From IMG/VR virus record IMGVR_UViG_3300046511_000152: 64,000 bases of DNA; one strand, 5' to 3'. Made by a program: the position numbers and the translations under genes. The first letter of the stretch is position 1. Each line of letters starts with the position of its first letter. This document shows, one piece after another, positions 1 to 10,592 of the stretch. Origin of the DNA: an uncultured virus (IMG/VR IMGVR_UViG_3300046511_000152) (taxonomy: Duplodnaviria > Heunggongvirae > Uroviricota > Caudoviricetes). The notes below the pieces were generated by a model, which ran no database searches, was not told where the DNA came from, and was given only the letters and a program-made list of their open reading frames with translations.

Positions 1-219
1 AGGACAGAGGAGCCCTCCTTGTACGGGGAGATTATCTTGATCGCTTCGGGGTTGAGGTATGCGGTATGGGTAGTCCCGGGCTGCTCGAACCGCATGATCT
101 GCGTGACCTTGATCACGGGTACATCCTCCCTTGGTAACGAATCAGCCGCCGAAGGTGACGGTAGAGGTAGACGCATGCAGCGAACGAGTTACCTCGTGCG
201 ATGGCGCGGTAGTACTTCC

Positions 220-933
220 TCACTGTTCCCCCAGACTGCGTTCGAGGTAGGCGGCGTCCTCACCCACGGCGACCACCCGCATCTCGGGCAGCCAGATACC
301 GGCGAGGTTCTTCCCTTCCTTGCTGTTCACGTCGATGCACATCCCGCTGTCACGCACGCGGATGTCGTAGTCCCGGGTGTGGCCGAAGACTTGGAGGAAC
401 GGAGCGATGGGCTCCTGTTCCCCTCGCCAGAGGATGCCCCCAGCGGGAGCATTTCCCCCTCGGCGGGGGCTAATGTCGTCACGGAGATGGACCTCATGGT
501 GCCATGCCTGCGAGCACGTCTTGCGGATATACTCGGCGGCCTGCTCGACGGTGTTCACACCGACAGCGGGCACGTGCAGAGGGTGGAGGCCAGCGTGCGT
601 GAGAAGCACTCCATGGTGGGCGACGGCCCACTTGAGTCCTACGCGCATCATCGCGTGGCGTGTGTCCGGTAGGGGCGGGACATACCCACGGAACTGATGA
701 AACGCAGACAGGACACCGGCCTCATGGTTGCCGCAGAGGACGATGAGGTTCTCCTGCCGGAGAGCCCACTGCCAGACGGCGAGGTCCTCGACCAGCGTGG
801 CCGCCGTGTATGTTCCGAGGTCACCAAGCTGGACGACGGTGTCGTCGGAGCGGACCCCGGCCCTGTCGAGCAGGGCGATCAGGTTGTCGAGCTTGCCGTG
901 CACGTCACCGATCACGAAGGTCCTACTGCTCAT
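220..933 (-). CDS. calcineurin-like metallophosphoesterase
   Basis: Motifs GDVHG, GDLG, GNHE, THAG and GHT in the canonical order. Confidence 0.9.
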   Translation of the reverse strand: MSSRTFVIGDVHGKLDNLIALLDRAGVRSDDTVVQLGDLGTYTAATLVEDLAVWQWALRQENLIVLCGNHEAGVLSAFHQFRGYVPPLPDTRHAMMRVGLKWAVAHHGVLLTHAGLHPLHVPAVGVNTVEQAAEYIRKTCSQAWHHEVHLRDDISPRRGGNAPAGGILWRGEQEPIAPFLQVFGHTRDYDIRVRDSGMCIDVNSKEGKNLAGIWLPEMRVVAVGEDAAYLERSLGEQ

Positions 934-1942
934 AGCGTGTGCTCCTCTTGAACCAATCGAGCTTGAAGGGGCCGAACTGGCGCTGCTCCTGCTGCCGGTA
1001 GGTCCGGTAGTGCGTCCCCCGGATGACCCACTGATCGAAGGGGAGGAAGACGATCTCGAAGTTCACCGTCCAGTCCTTGAAGTGGCTGTACAGGTGGAGG
1101 TGCCAGTAGAGCTTCACCCGACCTCCACATTGAAGGAACGGCTCCAGAGGACGACGTTCAGGCGGAAGCGGTCGTCCATCTTGCCCGGGATGAAGAGGCC
1201 TATGCTGAACAGGCGGAGACCGCTGAAGTTGTAGGTGTAGAAGCGGACGCGGAAGCGCGTCTGCATGTGATGCACGAGACGCCAGAGCCACATCACCATG
1301 TGAACCTCACGTGTGCGAGGAAGTAGCGGATGCCGTAGTACTCCCACGCCATGAGGAATCGGACGTGGCCGGTTGCCATCATGCCGGAGAAGCCGATGAA
1401 GGTGTGGATCAGGCCGAAGCAGAACAGGGTGCCGTACAGGTTCTCGTGCCTGTCGAACCAGTGCACCTTCTCACCGTGGACGACCTCGTGCAGGATGCGT
1501 TCCTGCTCGGGGCTGAAGCTGGTCTTGATCTCATCCATCGTACCCTCCTTGCCCCATCTGCCGGGCTGACTCGGCCGCAGCAGCGAGGGCCTTCTTGACC
1601 TCACGGTCGATCAGTTCGGAAAGCTCGCGGGTGAAGGGCTTGACGTACGTGTTCCCACCGTAGGGGTCGTACGAGACGCGCCCATGCCGGACGTAGAACT
1701 GCTCAGCCACACCAGTGTACTCGTTCACTTTGCACCTAGCTTTCTAGCGGAGACGAGTGGGTCTTCACCGATGGGGACATGGATCAGTTCTCGGTACACG
1801 ACCGGAGGCTGCCACATCGGCACCCAATCACCCTTGAACCACCAACCTACGGTCTTCCCATTCGCATCGAGGAGACAGGTTTGACGGACGTAACCCTCGT
1901 GGTCACGCTCCATCCGGGTGGTCAGGTAGGCTTCGACGTAGA

Positions 1943-2278
1943 TCACTTCTTCACCTTGCCGATCTTCACCAACCGGGAACGCATCTCCTGAGTTGGCTCA
2001 GTGGCTTCCCACTTGTAGCCCAACTCCTTGAGCAGGGCATAGAGTGGCTCCGTCACCAGTTTCTGCACGTGCTGACGACTGGCGAGGAAGATGGTCTTGG
2101 CCCCCGGGTAACCCGGCTCGGGCCACAGCACCCAGTACAGCTTGTCTTCGATGGCCTTGATCGCTCGGTGGATGTGGCCCTCGGCATTGTTGATCGCGTT
2201 GATCTCACTCTGGAGGTGGCTGACCCAGATGATGAGGATCGTGACGAGCAGGCTGAGGAAAGCGAGGAGGAAGAGCAT
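1943..2278 (-). CDS. hypothetical protein with N-terminal transmembrane anchor
   Basis: Hydrophobic N-terminus MLFLLAFLSLLVTILIIW; RBS GAAAGGA. Confidence 0.7.
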   Translation of the reverse strand: MLFLLAFLSLLVTILIIWVSHLQSEINAINNAEGHIHRAIKAIEDKLYWVLWPEPGYPGAKTIFLASRQHVQKLVTEPLYALLKELGYKWEATEPTQEMRSRLVKIGKVKK

Positions 2279-2280
2279 GG

Positions 2281-2640
2281 TGATCCTTTCGATGAGGGGT
2301 GGGCCAACGTGGGGTTACACCACGATCCGCCTGATATTCCCCACTGATCAGGTGGGTACGCTTCAGTGGACGGCGATCCAGAGGTCGCTCCACTTAGCCC
2401 ATAGATGGGGCAGGAGTCTGGCCTTCCACCAGATGTGGGCGTTTTCGTACCCTCTCCTGCATGAAGATGGGGCAGGGGCCTCATTGCCTGCCTACACGTG
2501 TTACGGTCTGTACCAATCGATAGGCCCGAAGGCAACGACTGGAGAGGCGACCGGCCCGATGGTGTACCGTTGTGACCCTCCCCGACCACGGTACAACAGT
2601 CGGTTCGCGGGAGCAAGTGTCCCTGTTTCCTCGCTCGCTC
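2281..2640 (-). ncRNA. candidate structured non-coding RNA
   Basis: 360-nt gap in an otherwise gap-free operon with many perfect 5-8 bp inverted repeats. Confidence 0.5.
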
Positions 2641-2790
2641 GTTACTCGATGTCACCCAGCAGGAGCAGCCCACTGGTGAAGATACCGAGGATTGCGAAGA
2701 TGCCGATGATGTCTTGACTGTGAAGCCAGAGTCCGAAGCCGATGCCGACGAGGGCAGCACCGATCACGAGGCCCTGAAAGAAGCGGCGGC

Positions 2791-3108
2791 TCACTTGACC
2801 CTCACGACGTAGAGCTTGCGGGGAACGCGGCCGAAGATGGGACGCAGACCTTCGGAGCAGAACCACAGACTACCCGCACCCTGACCGATCTTGAAGGAGG
2901 TGATGGGGTTCAGGACCTTGGTGGTGCTGAAGGTGACAGCCTTGCCATCGAGGGGGCCGAGGAGTTCGGTGAGCATCTCGCTGGAGCGGAGCGTGATGTA
3001 CTGCCACTTCCGCTGCCCGGGGCCTCGCACTTCGTAGCTGATGTCGCTGTCGTAGATGCCGCTGTTGTCGCGGTCTTCGGTGTCGCGGAACTTAATCGTG
3101 ACCTGCAT
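2791..3108 (-). CDS. hypothetical protein
   Basis: ORF with RBS GAAAGGA directly downstream of a promoter. Confidence 0.7.
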   Translation of the reverse strand: MQVTIKFRDTEDRDNSGIYDSDISYEVRGPGQRKWQYITLRSSEMLTELLGPLDGKAVTFSTTKVLNPITSFKIGQGAGSLWFCSEGLRPIFGRVPRKLYVVRVK

Positions 3109-3138
3109 GTTCGTCCTTTCGTTGTTGGTGGGACTTCG

Positions 3139-3167
3139 ATGCTACACTGTTCGCGCCGCTGCGTCAA
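3139..3167 (-). promoter_or_regulatory. sigma70-type promoter TTGACG-N17-TAGCAT
   Basis: Read on minus strand; shares downstream motif TAGCATCGAAGTCC with the promoter at 52560-52588. Confidence 0.75.
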
Positions 3168-3508
3168 CCGATTTTCGCGCTCGGTGCGTCGCCAGTCGGG
3201 TCCTGCTCTGTGTTTATCCAGCCGTTGACAATCCGTGTCCCGTCCCAGTGAACTCTCCAGTCATGCCCGTGTGCAAGCATCATCAAGGAACTTGCAAGCC
3301 AGTTGGCTGTCTGACCTTTCCATGACACACGAGCGATGGTGAACCCCTTCCACCGCCCCCACTTACGCTGCCGCAGTCCTTCTCTTGCGGTACTCCAAAG
3401 TGTCCCAGCCTTGGACAGGAACAGGTTCTCGAAGGGGACGATGGCGTACAGGTTGATCTGTCCGTTATGGCGTAACTGCTGCGCCCGGGGATGATAAGCC
3501 TTCGTCAT
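3164..3508 (-). CDS. hypothetical protein
   Basis: MTKAYHPRAQ start with RBS GAAAGGCGG; AT-richer than neighbours. Confidence 0.6.
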   Translation of the reverse strand: MTKAYHPRAQQLRHNGQINLYAIVPFENLFLSKAGTLWSTAREGLRQRKWGRWKGFTIARVSWKGQTANWLASSLMMLAHGHDWRVHWDGTRIVNGWINTEQDPTGDAPSAKIG

Positions 3509-4024
3509 GAAACCGCCTTTCTGTATATAAGTGAAACGACTGGTACTACAAAACCCCAAACCCCAAGATGGAGCGGGTAAGCCGCGCTCCGGCTCCGCCC
3601 GCGCGACCCCCCTCCCACCTTGATAGGGCGCGCCTACGGCCAGAAATGCTTGGCTGCCAGCAGGAACCCCACCACCACCCCACCGACCAGCAGGGCGGCA
3701 CTGATGCAGGCACAGATCATGGCGAGGCCGACGACGAGGACAACGATCATTCGGATCACGACTTGGTCCGCAGCGTGTCGGGGTCACTACCCTCGACTTC
3801 GTGCGGGATCAGGAGGAGGGCTCCTTCGGGGAGGATGAACTGGAGGTGGGCACCAGTGCTGTCAACGACCGGGGAGAGCAGATGGAAGCCCCCCACTGGG
3901 AACTGGGTCCACTCGATGTGGTACGGGTCGGGCATCGGTGCGACGTGTGGTCCCTCGTGCTTGTGGGGCTGCGACCACCAGAAGCCACACGAGAAGATGA
4001 CCAGCCATGTGAGGAAGAAGAGCT

Positions 4025-4462
4025 TCATCGGATCGTCCGCCGCTCGGTCATCCGGAAGCGTCTCAGCACCTTGTCCACCGTCGTCGGGGGCACTCCCACC
4101 GCGAGTGCGATGTCCACGATCCGGTGCCCCTCGTTACGCAGGGTGATGATCGTGTCGATCTGGGCCTCGGTGAGGCGAGTGTTGAAGACGGGCTTTCGAC
4201 GGTTGCGGCTGCTCACTTCGGGCGTGACCCACCGGACGTTCCCCGGCTCGTACCCACGATCCCGGTCGATCCGGTCAAGGACCGTCTTCGGTGGGCGTGC
4301 CCCGATGTGTCGGTAGAAGACCTCGAAGTCCATGAACTCGGGTGCGATCCCCACACCGGCTGCTCCGTAGTAGCGGTAGTTGACCGCCCTCGGATTCAAG
4401 CACCGCTGCTTCATGTTGGTCCACGAACAGTACTCTCGGATGTGCTCCTGTCGGAATGTCAC
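4025..4462 (-). CDS. HNH-type homing endonuclease-like protein with C-terminal HTH
   Basis: W..MKQRC.NP...Y..YG and LDRID...GYEPGNVRW signature; C-terminal IVDIALAVGVPPTTV. Confidence 0.8.
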   Translation of the reverse strand: MTFRQEHIREYCSWTNMKQRCLNPRAVNYRYYGAAGVGIAPEFMDFEVFYRHIGARPPKTVLDRIDRDRGYEPGNVRWVTPEVSSRNRRKPVFNTRLTEAQIDTIITLRNEGHRIVDIALAVGVPPTTVDKVLRRFRMTERRTIR

Positions 4463-4762
4463 TTGTTACCACCCTTGGCCGCTCGGGCCTTCTTGAGTGT
4501 CTCGATCAACTGCGCCTTGCGCTCCGGGGTCCTCATGATGATGTTGAACAGCGCGTCATCGAACTCGTTCTGTGTCACTCTTCCTCCTCGGTTTCGACCA
4601 TGCTCCACACGTGGATGGAGGCGGCCCGTTCTTTGTCCTTGACAATCCGCATGTCGCGGTCGATCCGCCCAGCCCGCATCGCTGCCTTCTGGCTCGGGTA
4701 GATCGAGTGATTGAAGTAGTGCTTGGCCGACACGTCAGGCCACGACAGCGAGTACTTGAACA

Positions 4763-5170
4763 TCAGTTCCCGGCACCACGGAGCCTGCTGTGCCACGATG
4801 TAGCAGACGTGAACTTCACCGCCCACGCCCAGTACTCGATGATCTCGGTGGCCTGCTCGGGGAACATCCGGGTCAGGGCCTCGAACGCCTGCCGTGCGTG
4901 CTGGATGAAGTGATGGGACACCGTGAAGGAAGCCTCCGGTTGGACAATGTAGAAGAGGCGAGCGTTCTCCATCGTGTTCACGTAGGCTCCGTTGCTGACG
5001 TGTGAGAACTGATCCAACCCGTTTTCCCCAGCCAACGTATCGGACTTGTCCATCACGAACCCCCTGATCACCGCTGTGAACAGAGACTTGAGATTCTGGT
5101 CATCGTTGTCCGGCCCTCGCAGGGCGGTCATGATGAGGTATCCATCGCGGTCGTTTGTGTCGAGCTTCAT
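4763..5170 (-). CDS. hypothetical protein
   Basis: Coupled ORF starting MKLDTNDRDG with RBS. Confidence 0.65.
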   Translation of the reverse strand: MKLDTNDRDGYLIMTALRGPDNDDQNLKSLFTAVIRGFVMDKSDTLAGENGLDQFSHVSNGAYVNTMENARLFYIVQPEASFTVSHHFIQHARQAFEALTRMFPEQATEIIEYWAWAVKFTSATSWHSRLRGAGN

Positions 5171-5598
5171 GATTTCTTGCTCCTCGCGGCCCGTGCCTTC
5201 TTCAACGTCTCCACAAGCTGGGCCTTGCGCTCGGGTGACATGGGTTTCCGGGGCTTCTTCACCTTCGGCTCCGGTCGGGCTTCGACCGCTGCCTTCTTCT
5301 CGGCTTGCTTCTCGTGGGCGTTGGGGCAGTTGGGTGCCGTGTGCCCAGACTCGCGGCAGATGGAGCACGCACGCTGCGAGGGCGGAGACGCATCCTCGGC
5401 GAGCTTCTTGTAGTGCATCTTCCGCTTGATGACACCCCGGGCCTCCTCCTTCTCGTCGGCCGCCTCCAGCTTGAGCCCGTCACCATGCTCGACCAGCCGG
5501 TTGATCACGTCGTTCACCGGACCGGTGATCCGACGCAGTTCCACCAGCAGTTCGGCGGCGGCGTCCAGCAGCTTGTCACGATCCTCAGTTGCGCTCAT
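5167..5598 (-). CDS. basic protein with CCHC zinc knuckle
   Basis: CSICRESGHTAPNC = C-x2-C-x4-H-x4-C; Lys-rich tail. Confidence 0.75.
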   Translation of the reverse strand: MSATEDRDKLLDAAAELLVELRRITGPVNDVINRLVEHGDGLKLEAADEKEEARGVIKRKMHYKKLAEDASPPSQRACSICRESGHTAPNCPNAHEKQAEKKAAVEARPEPKVKKPRKPMSPERKAQLVETLKKARAARSKKS

Positions 5599-6029
5599 TC
5601 AACCCTCCTCGGGTCTTGAGTAACTTCCGTGCCCGCATCCGACGTGCCTGCATCCCGAAGTCGAGGCGGTCAGCGATGCCGAGGATCAACGGATCATGAT
5701 CCCCTTCGGATACGAGATGCTGTCCCGCGTCCCGCTCGTATTGCCGGGTCGTGGAGTCTTCCGGTACACCGTCCCACGGGCCATCGAATGGTGCACGCAT
5801 CGCTCGCCTGAAGTCTGGGATGTCGCCATCCTCGTTGTATTCCTCGACCCGCTTATTGTCAAGGGCCTTCATCTTCGCAATGACGTAGAGCCACAGCGTT
5901 GTGTCACTCCATCCTGTCACAGCGAGCACCCGGTCTACGATTTCTTGATGTTCCTCTTGACTCTGGATGATCAGTGTACCCTCCATCCGGAGGCTATCCA
6001 CAAGGTGGTCGAGCCAGTGAGCTTGCTCG

Positions 6030-6566
6030 TCAGTCAGTTGGCGAATAGTGCCCATCATCTTCTCCTTGGTCATCATCATCATCGAGGAACGGGACATCCG
6101 GACTGCTCCCGCTCTTGTAGATGTCATCGAGCAGCTTGTTGAAGCCCTCCGATGACATCACACCCACTACGCCCTCGCCAGCCACGTGCTGGGTCAGGAA
6201 CTTCATCTGCTTCGGCGGCGGTGTGGGCTTGGTGTGGTGTGCGGCCTTCATGTACTCGCGCACGTAGCGCCGGTTCACGCGCGTCCAGCCCACGTAGTCG
6301 AACTGGGTGGGCGTGACGTACGGCGAGTGGTCGTGCGTCGGGTCACCGCATGGCATCGGGAACACCTTGATCAGCATGATCGGTGGCGCAACCGCCAGCA
6401 CCCGGACTACGCTGCCCTCGAAGGAGCGGTCGTGCTTGGATGCGAAGCGTCCCCGCGAGTCGGTGCCCGTGATCAGCGGCCCCTTCGCACACATCAGGTA
6501 CTCACCCGGTCGGACTTCGTCGATAGATTCGATCATGTTGATGTATAGGTGCGTTGAGAAGTGCAC
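6030..6566 (-). CDS. hypothetical protein
   Basis: GTG start inferred from operon packing; acidic C-terminus. Confidence 0.6.
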   Translation of the reverse strand: MHFSTHLYINMIESIDEVRPGEYLMCAKGPLITGTDSRGRFASKHDRSFEGSVVRVLAVAPPIMLIKVFPMPCGDPTHDHSPYVTPTQFDYVGWTRVNRRYVREYMKAAHHTKPTPPPKQMKFLTQHVAGEGVVGVMSSEGFNKLLDDIYKSGSSPDVPFLDDDDDQGEDDGHYSPTD

Positions 6567-6856
6567 CTCATACCCCTCCGTTCTGGAACAGAGCTTCGTT
6601 CTCGCCGATGACCCCCACGTAGAACCACGACTTGTCGGGGACCTCGATGACTGGGAATGTCTTCGCTTCTTGGAAGAGTACCACAACCTCGGTGCCGATT
6701 GCAACCGGAACCTCGACACCGACGATTCGCTGGGCTGCGTCGTCCACGCGGTGGCCGTACAGGCGCACCGGATGAGCCTTCTCACCCTTCCGGCGCGGAC
6801 TCTTACTGTCCTCGACACCGATCAACTGGATCAGGATCGGGTCCTTGATGGGCATC

Positions 6857-7195
6857 TCAGGCCACATCGCAGCACCGCTTGTTCTTCTTCCCGCTGCCAC
6901 ACTTGCACGGCTGGTTGCGCCCTCGCGTGGCTCGGCCGATCACGTACGGCTGCGTCTTGGGCGTCATGGCCGGATGCTGCGAGAACGTCTCGATGAACCA
7001 CTTGACGCTGCGCCGGACAGGCCGGGAGCGCGACGCGAGGGCAAAGAGACGAAGGTCCCCGTCCTTGCTGTTCGTCCACTCCCACGTCCACCAGAGCACG
7101 CGGAACTTCTCGGCCTCCTCATCGACCTCGACCACGCGGCCGTTCATCGGGCCACCGACGAGCTTAACCTTGACCATCACCTTCTCTTCGTTCAT
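6857..7195 (-). CDS. SEC-C motif protein
   Basis: C-terminal GRNQPCKCGSGKKNKRCC matches the SecA zinc-binding SEC-C motif. Confidence 0.8.
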   Translation of the reverse strand: MNEEKVMVKVKLVGGPMNGRVVEVDEEAEKFRVLWWTWEWTNSKDGDLRLFALASRSRPVRRSVKWFIETFSQHPAMTPKTQPYVIGRATRGRNQPCKCGSGKKNKRCCDVA

Positions 7196-7567
7196 CGGGG
7201 GTCCTCACCTGTGATCTCGATTTCTTCCAGCGTGTCACCATCTGCACCCACGCGACGGATCACGACACCCGCGTAGTCCCGTGCTATCTCCAGAGCCACT
7301 CGCCTTGCCGTCTCACGAAACATGAACGGCACTACCACATCCCAACCGGGTCCAGCGGTCACCGCTTCACCTCCCTCTTGGCGAACTTCGCCCTGCGCCA
7401 CTCACTGTTGCGGAACGCGGACTCCCACGTGTGGCCGCGCCCGATGGTGGTCTCGATCTCACCGATCTTCCACACCATGCACGCGAACCCGGGTTCCGTG
7501 AACGCACTGATCGTGCCCATCTCCCCGAACACTTCGCGGGCCTTCAACACAGCTTCTTGTCTTGACA

Positions 7568-7873
7568 TCAGTCCTCCATGATGCGGACAACCCGAAGGCT
7601 GCGCGCGGTGAACCAGAGCCCACCCTGCGACTCTGGACGATTGTACTCGGTTACGCCCCGGATGTCAACCTCACACCAGATGCGACCACGCAGAGACAGG
7701 TGCGGTGCCTCGGGTCGGGCCGTACAGTGCCAGCCTGAGCGAACGGCGAAGCCCCGTGTCGGATGCGTCTCGGCCTTCATCCACTTGCCCATCGGCACCC
7801 GCAGTCGGCGGTTGATGAACAGCGGACCCAGCGAGCCGTCCTTGCGGAGCGTGAACAGCTTGTACGCTTTCAT
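7568..7873 (-). CDS. hypothetical phage protein
   Basis: Coupled ORF MKAYKLF...GWHC...APHL. Confidence 0.65.
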   Translation of the reverse strand: MKAYKLFTLRKDGSLGPLFINRRLRVPMGKWMKAETHPTRGFAVRSGWHCTARPEAPHLSLRGRIWCEVDIRGVTEYNRPESQGGLWFTARSLRVVRIMED

Positions 7874-8024
7874 TCCTCCTCGAACTCATCGACCGCAGCC
7901 GTGAGTTCCGTCATGTCGTGTTCCACGTCGTCCATCGCGGACCACATCTCGGTCACGCTCTTGGCGTTCTTCACACGGTTGGCGTCCGCGATCAGGTTCC
8001 CAGCCCAGCTACGAATCAGGTCGT

Positions 8025-8486
8025 TCATGGCTTCCTCCGCTCGACGGTGTACCGTCCCGGCACGTTGCACGGGATCAGTCTCAGGTGCGGTGTAGCGAGC
8101 ATGATACACGCACGGGGATTGTACATCACAACGAACTCGGGCATCTGGCCGTTCTGGTGCACGTCCAGCAGCCGTTTCAGCGTGTGACCATGGCAGATGA
8201 AGTCATCGAGGATGATGTACCCACTCGCACCGGGATTCCCATCGAACTTCTCGGAGTCCCAGTCGTACGGTCCCTCGACGTGCTGACCGTGACAGGCCTC
8301 ACGCGGCTTGCGGACGACGACCAAGTCCTTCCCGTACAGGTGGGCGAAGATGGCCCCCGGTATGATGCCCGACAAGCCAGTCACGAGCACGTACTGGAAC
8401 TGGTCCATCTTGTCCACCGTGGCGTGCTCGATGGTCCGGAGCGCGTCAGCGAGTGCAGGCGCGTGCGTGTGCGCGAGGTAGCTCAA
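8025..8486 (-). CDS. type I phosphoribosyltransferase-like protein
   Basis: PRPP-loop YIILDDFICHGHTL; upstream TGLSGII and VVVRK motifs. Confidence 0.75.
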   Translation of the reverse strand: MSYLAHTHAPALADALRTIEHATVDKMDQFQYVLVTGLSGIIPGAIFAHLYGKDLVVVRKPREACHGQHVEGPYDWDSEKFDGNPGASGYIILDDFICHGHTLKRLLDVHQNGQMPEFVVMYNPRACIMLATPHLRLIPCNVPGRYTVERRKP

Positions 8487-8805
8487 GACTCCTTGTCCTT
8501 CTTCTTCACATCCGCCCCGTTCTTCTGGGCGTAGTGGGTGGTCGGGTGGAGTGCCCTGACCACGCGGTTGCGAGTGGCCTCGATCTCGGCAGGCGTCATC
8601 GGGCGGCGGGCACGAATCACCTTGCGCTCGGTGTACGCCTCGACCATGCCCGTGTTGGGGTTGACGCGCGTGCCGTGGTTCACCTGAACCACCTCGGGCA
8701 ACATGAACACGTCCGCGAGCAGCTTGCCATGCCGCGACACGCGAGGGCGAAGCTCGATGGCTCCAACCGAACTACGCTGACTACGACTCTTGCGGTGCAT
8801 CCGGC

Positions 8806-9231
8806 TCATTGGACCCTCGGGGTGAATACTGCGTTGTCGGGCAGCTTGTCACGCAGGGCCTTCGGGATGTCCCCTTGGCACCATAGGTTCGTGGTCGTGA
8901 CCTGACGCCCATCGTTGAACGTGATGTGGAACTTCGACCCGCCGAATCCACGCATGAACGGTCCGGCCTTCTCGTCACCGACCATGTAGTGCACACCATC
9001 GATGCGTGCTGTGCGTGGGTTGTCGAAGATGCGCGGCCCCATCTTCTCCTGCCAGAACTCCAGCGCGTGGTTCAGGGACAGCATCGCCTCGGTGAAGCTG
9101 TGGCAACTCATGTTCCACTCACCGGGTCGGTCCACGTCCTCGACGTAGTAGCGGCCGTCGCTGCCTCGGTAGATGACAGTCAACTCGTTCCGCACCATGT
9201 CGGTGTATGTCACCAGCGGGTCAAACTTCAT
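8806..9231 (-). CDS. hypothetical phage protein
   Basis: Coupled ORF with GFGG..F.I.F.DG...TTNLWCQG.IP segment. Confidence 0.65.
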   Translation of the reverse strand: MKFDPLVTYTDMVRNELTVIYRGSDGRYYVEDVDRPGEWNMSCHSFTEAMLSLNHALEFWQEKMGPRIFDNPRTARIDGVHYMVGDEKAGPFMRGFGGSKFHITFNDGRQVTTTNLWCQGDIPKALRDKLPDNAVFTPRVQ

Positions 9232-9595
9232 CGTCGTCCTCCTCGTCCGGATCGGCTTCGACCAACTCCGTACCGCAGTCACCGCAGGACAGACCGTTCT
9301 GCTGGAAGTCGTCGTCGCTGTCCAGATCGTACTGGATCAGCGGCGTTAAGTCCAGATGTTTCTCGGTGACTGCGTCCACCTCGTTCTCGACATCCCTGTA
9401 GATGCGGTCGCGCGCCCACAGGCTCGGCTTCCCGTGCTCGGCTTCGTACTTGGCGAGCGCGCGGTCGGACATGGTGTCGAAGTCCATCCCCAACTCGGTG
9501 AGCGCGTCCTCCTTCAGCTTGTCGGCACAGTCTGCACAGATGATGTCACCATCCGTCATGTACGCCACGACGCGACACTGTCCAGCGGTCAGCAT
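9221..9595 (-). CDS. hypothetical protein with two CxxC pairs
   Basis: CADC and CGDC motifs; RBS AGGAG. Confidence 0.65.
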   Translation of the reverse strand: MLTAGQCRVVAYMTDGDIICADCADKLKEDALTELGMDFDTMSDRALAKYEAEHGKPSLWARDRIYRDVENEVDAVTEKHLDLTPLIQYDLDSDDDFQQNGLSCGDCGTELVEADPDEEDDDEV

Positions 9596-10088
9596 GTTAC
9601 TCCTTCCGGTTCTCGGGCTTGTCACCACCCAGTAGGATTGTCAGGATTCCCATCACGAGGAGCCAGAACATCATGCATCTTCCTTCGGCGCGTGCTTGTC
9701 CGGCCTGTACAGCATCCGATTCCTGAGATGCTTCACCATAGTGGTGAGCGCGAACTGTTCGTCCGCCCCAGTCCACTCCAGCGAGGGCAAGAGCTTGGTC
9801 AACTCGTCCAGCTTGCGGAGTGCCTGAGTCCTCACAGGCAGCTTGGTCACCCCCCACTTGAAGAACACGAACCTCCCGAACACAGTCACTTGGACACCTC
9901 CAAAATCTGCCACGACTCGATCTCGACCTCGATGGGGTCCTCGATGCTCCCCGCTGCGATAGCCAGACCAAGGTCACGCATCGGACGCCAGTCACCAGCG
10001 AACCGCACCTTGCGGTCCTGCTCGTCCAGCCCTGTTGCGAAGCCCAGTGTGCTCATGGGCGGAATCGTCACCTTCATCACACGGACCT

Positions 10089-10592
10089 TCATGACATGGC
10101 CTCCGAACCGGCACCACTGTAGTTGCCGTTGTACACCGCGTCGAAGTCATCGGTGTACCCGTAGTCGTGTGCGATGGGCTCACCGTTGACGATGAAAAAC
10201 TGGGACAGGCCGAAGTCCCGTGACAGTCCGTACTTCGAGAACAGGTCGGACATGAGCCGGTACTCAGGGCCACTCCACTCGGACAGCCGATGCCCCCCGC
10301 TGATGCGAGCTTGCATTGACCACTTGACACTGGGTGCGTTGTCCACACACCCACTGGCGATGAACGGCGCGAAGTACTTGCGGTCACACTCCTCCAACCG
10401 CTCCCACGTCACCCGCTCTCCCCGGGTCTGCTTCAGGTCACGACTCTCGAACTCCAGCTTGATGACCACCTCATCGTTGCCCCACACGCTGCGGCTCGAT
10501 GCACCGATGTGCTCCAGTGCCACACCGTCGAGCGTCACGCCATCCACGCTGTACTTGCTGTTGGCGGTGCGCGGTTCGATTTCGACCTTCAT
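10089..10592 (-). CDS. protein-kinase-fold-like protein
   Basis: IGASSRSV...VVIK...E N-lobe pattern and D-x13-DYG C-lobe pattern; degenerate. Confidence 0.5.
   Translation of the reverse strand: MKVEIEPRTANSKYSVDGVTLDGVALEHIGASSRSVWGNDEVVIKLEFESRDLKQTRGERVTWERLEECDRKYFAPFIASGCVDNAPSVKWSMQARISGGHRLSEWSGPEYRLMSDLFSKYGLSRDFGLSQFFIVNGEPIAHDYGYTDDFDAVYNGNYSGAGSEAMS

Noticed and set aside
2053..2760. 235-aa minus-strand ORF spanning the 2281-2640 gap
   Set aside because: Ser/Pro-rich, overlaps two better ORFs out of frame, no RBS
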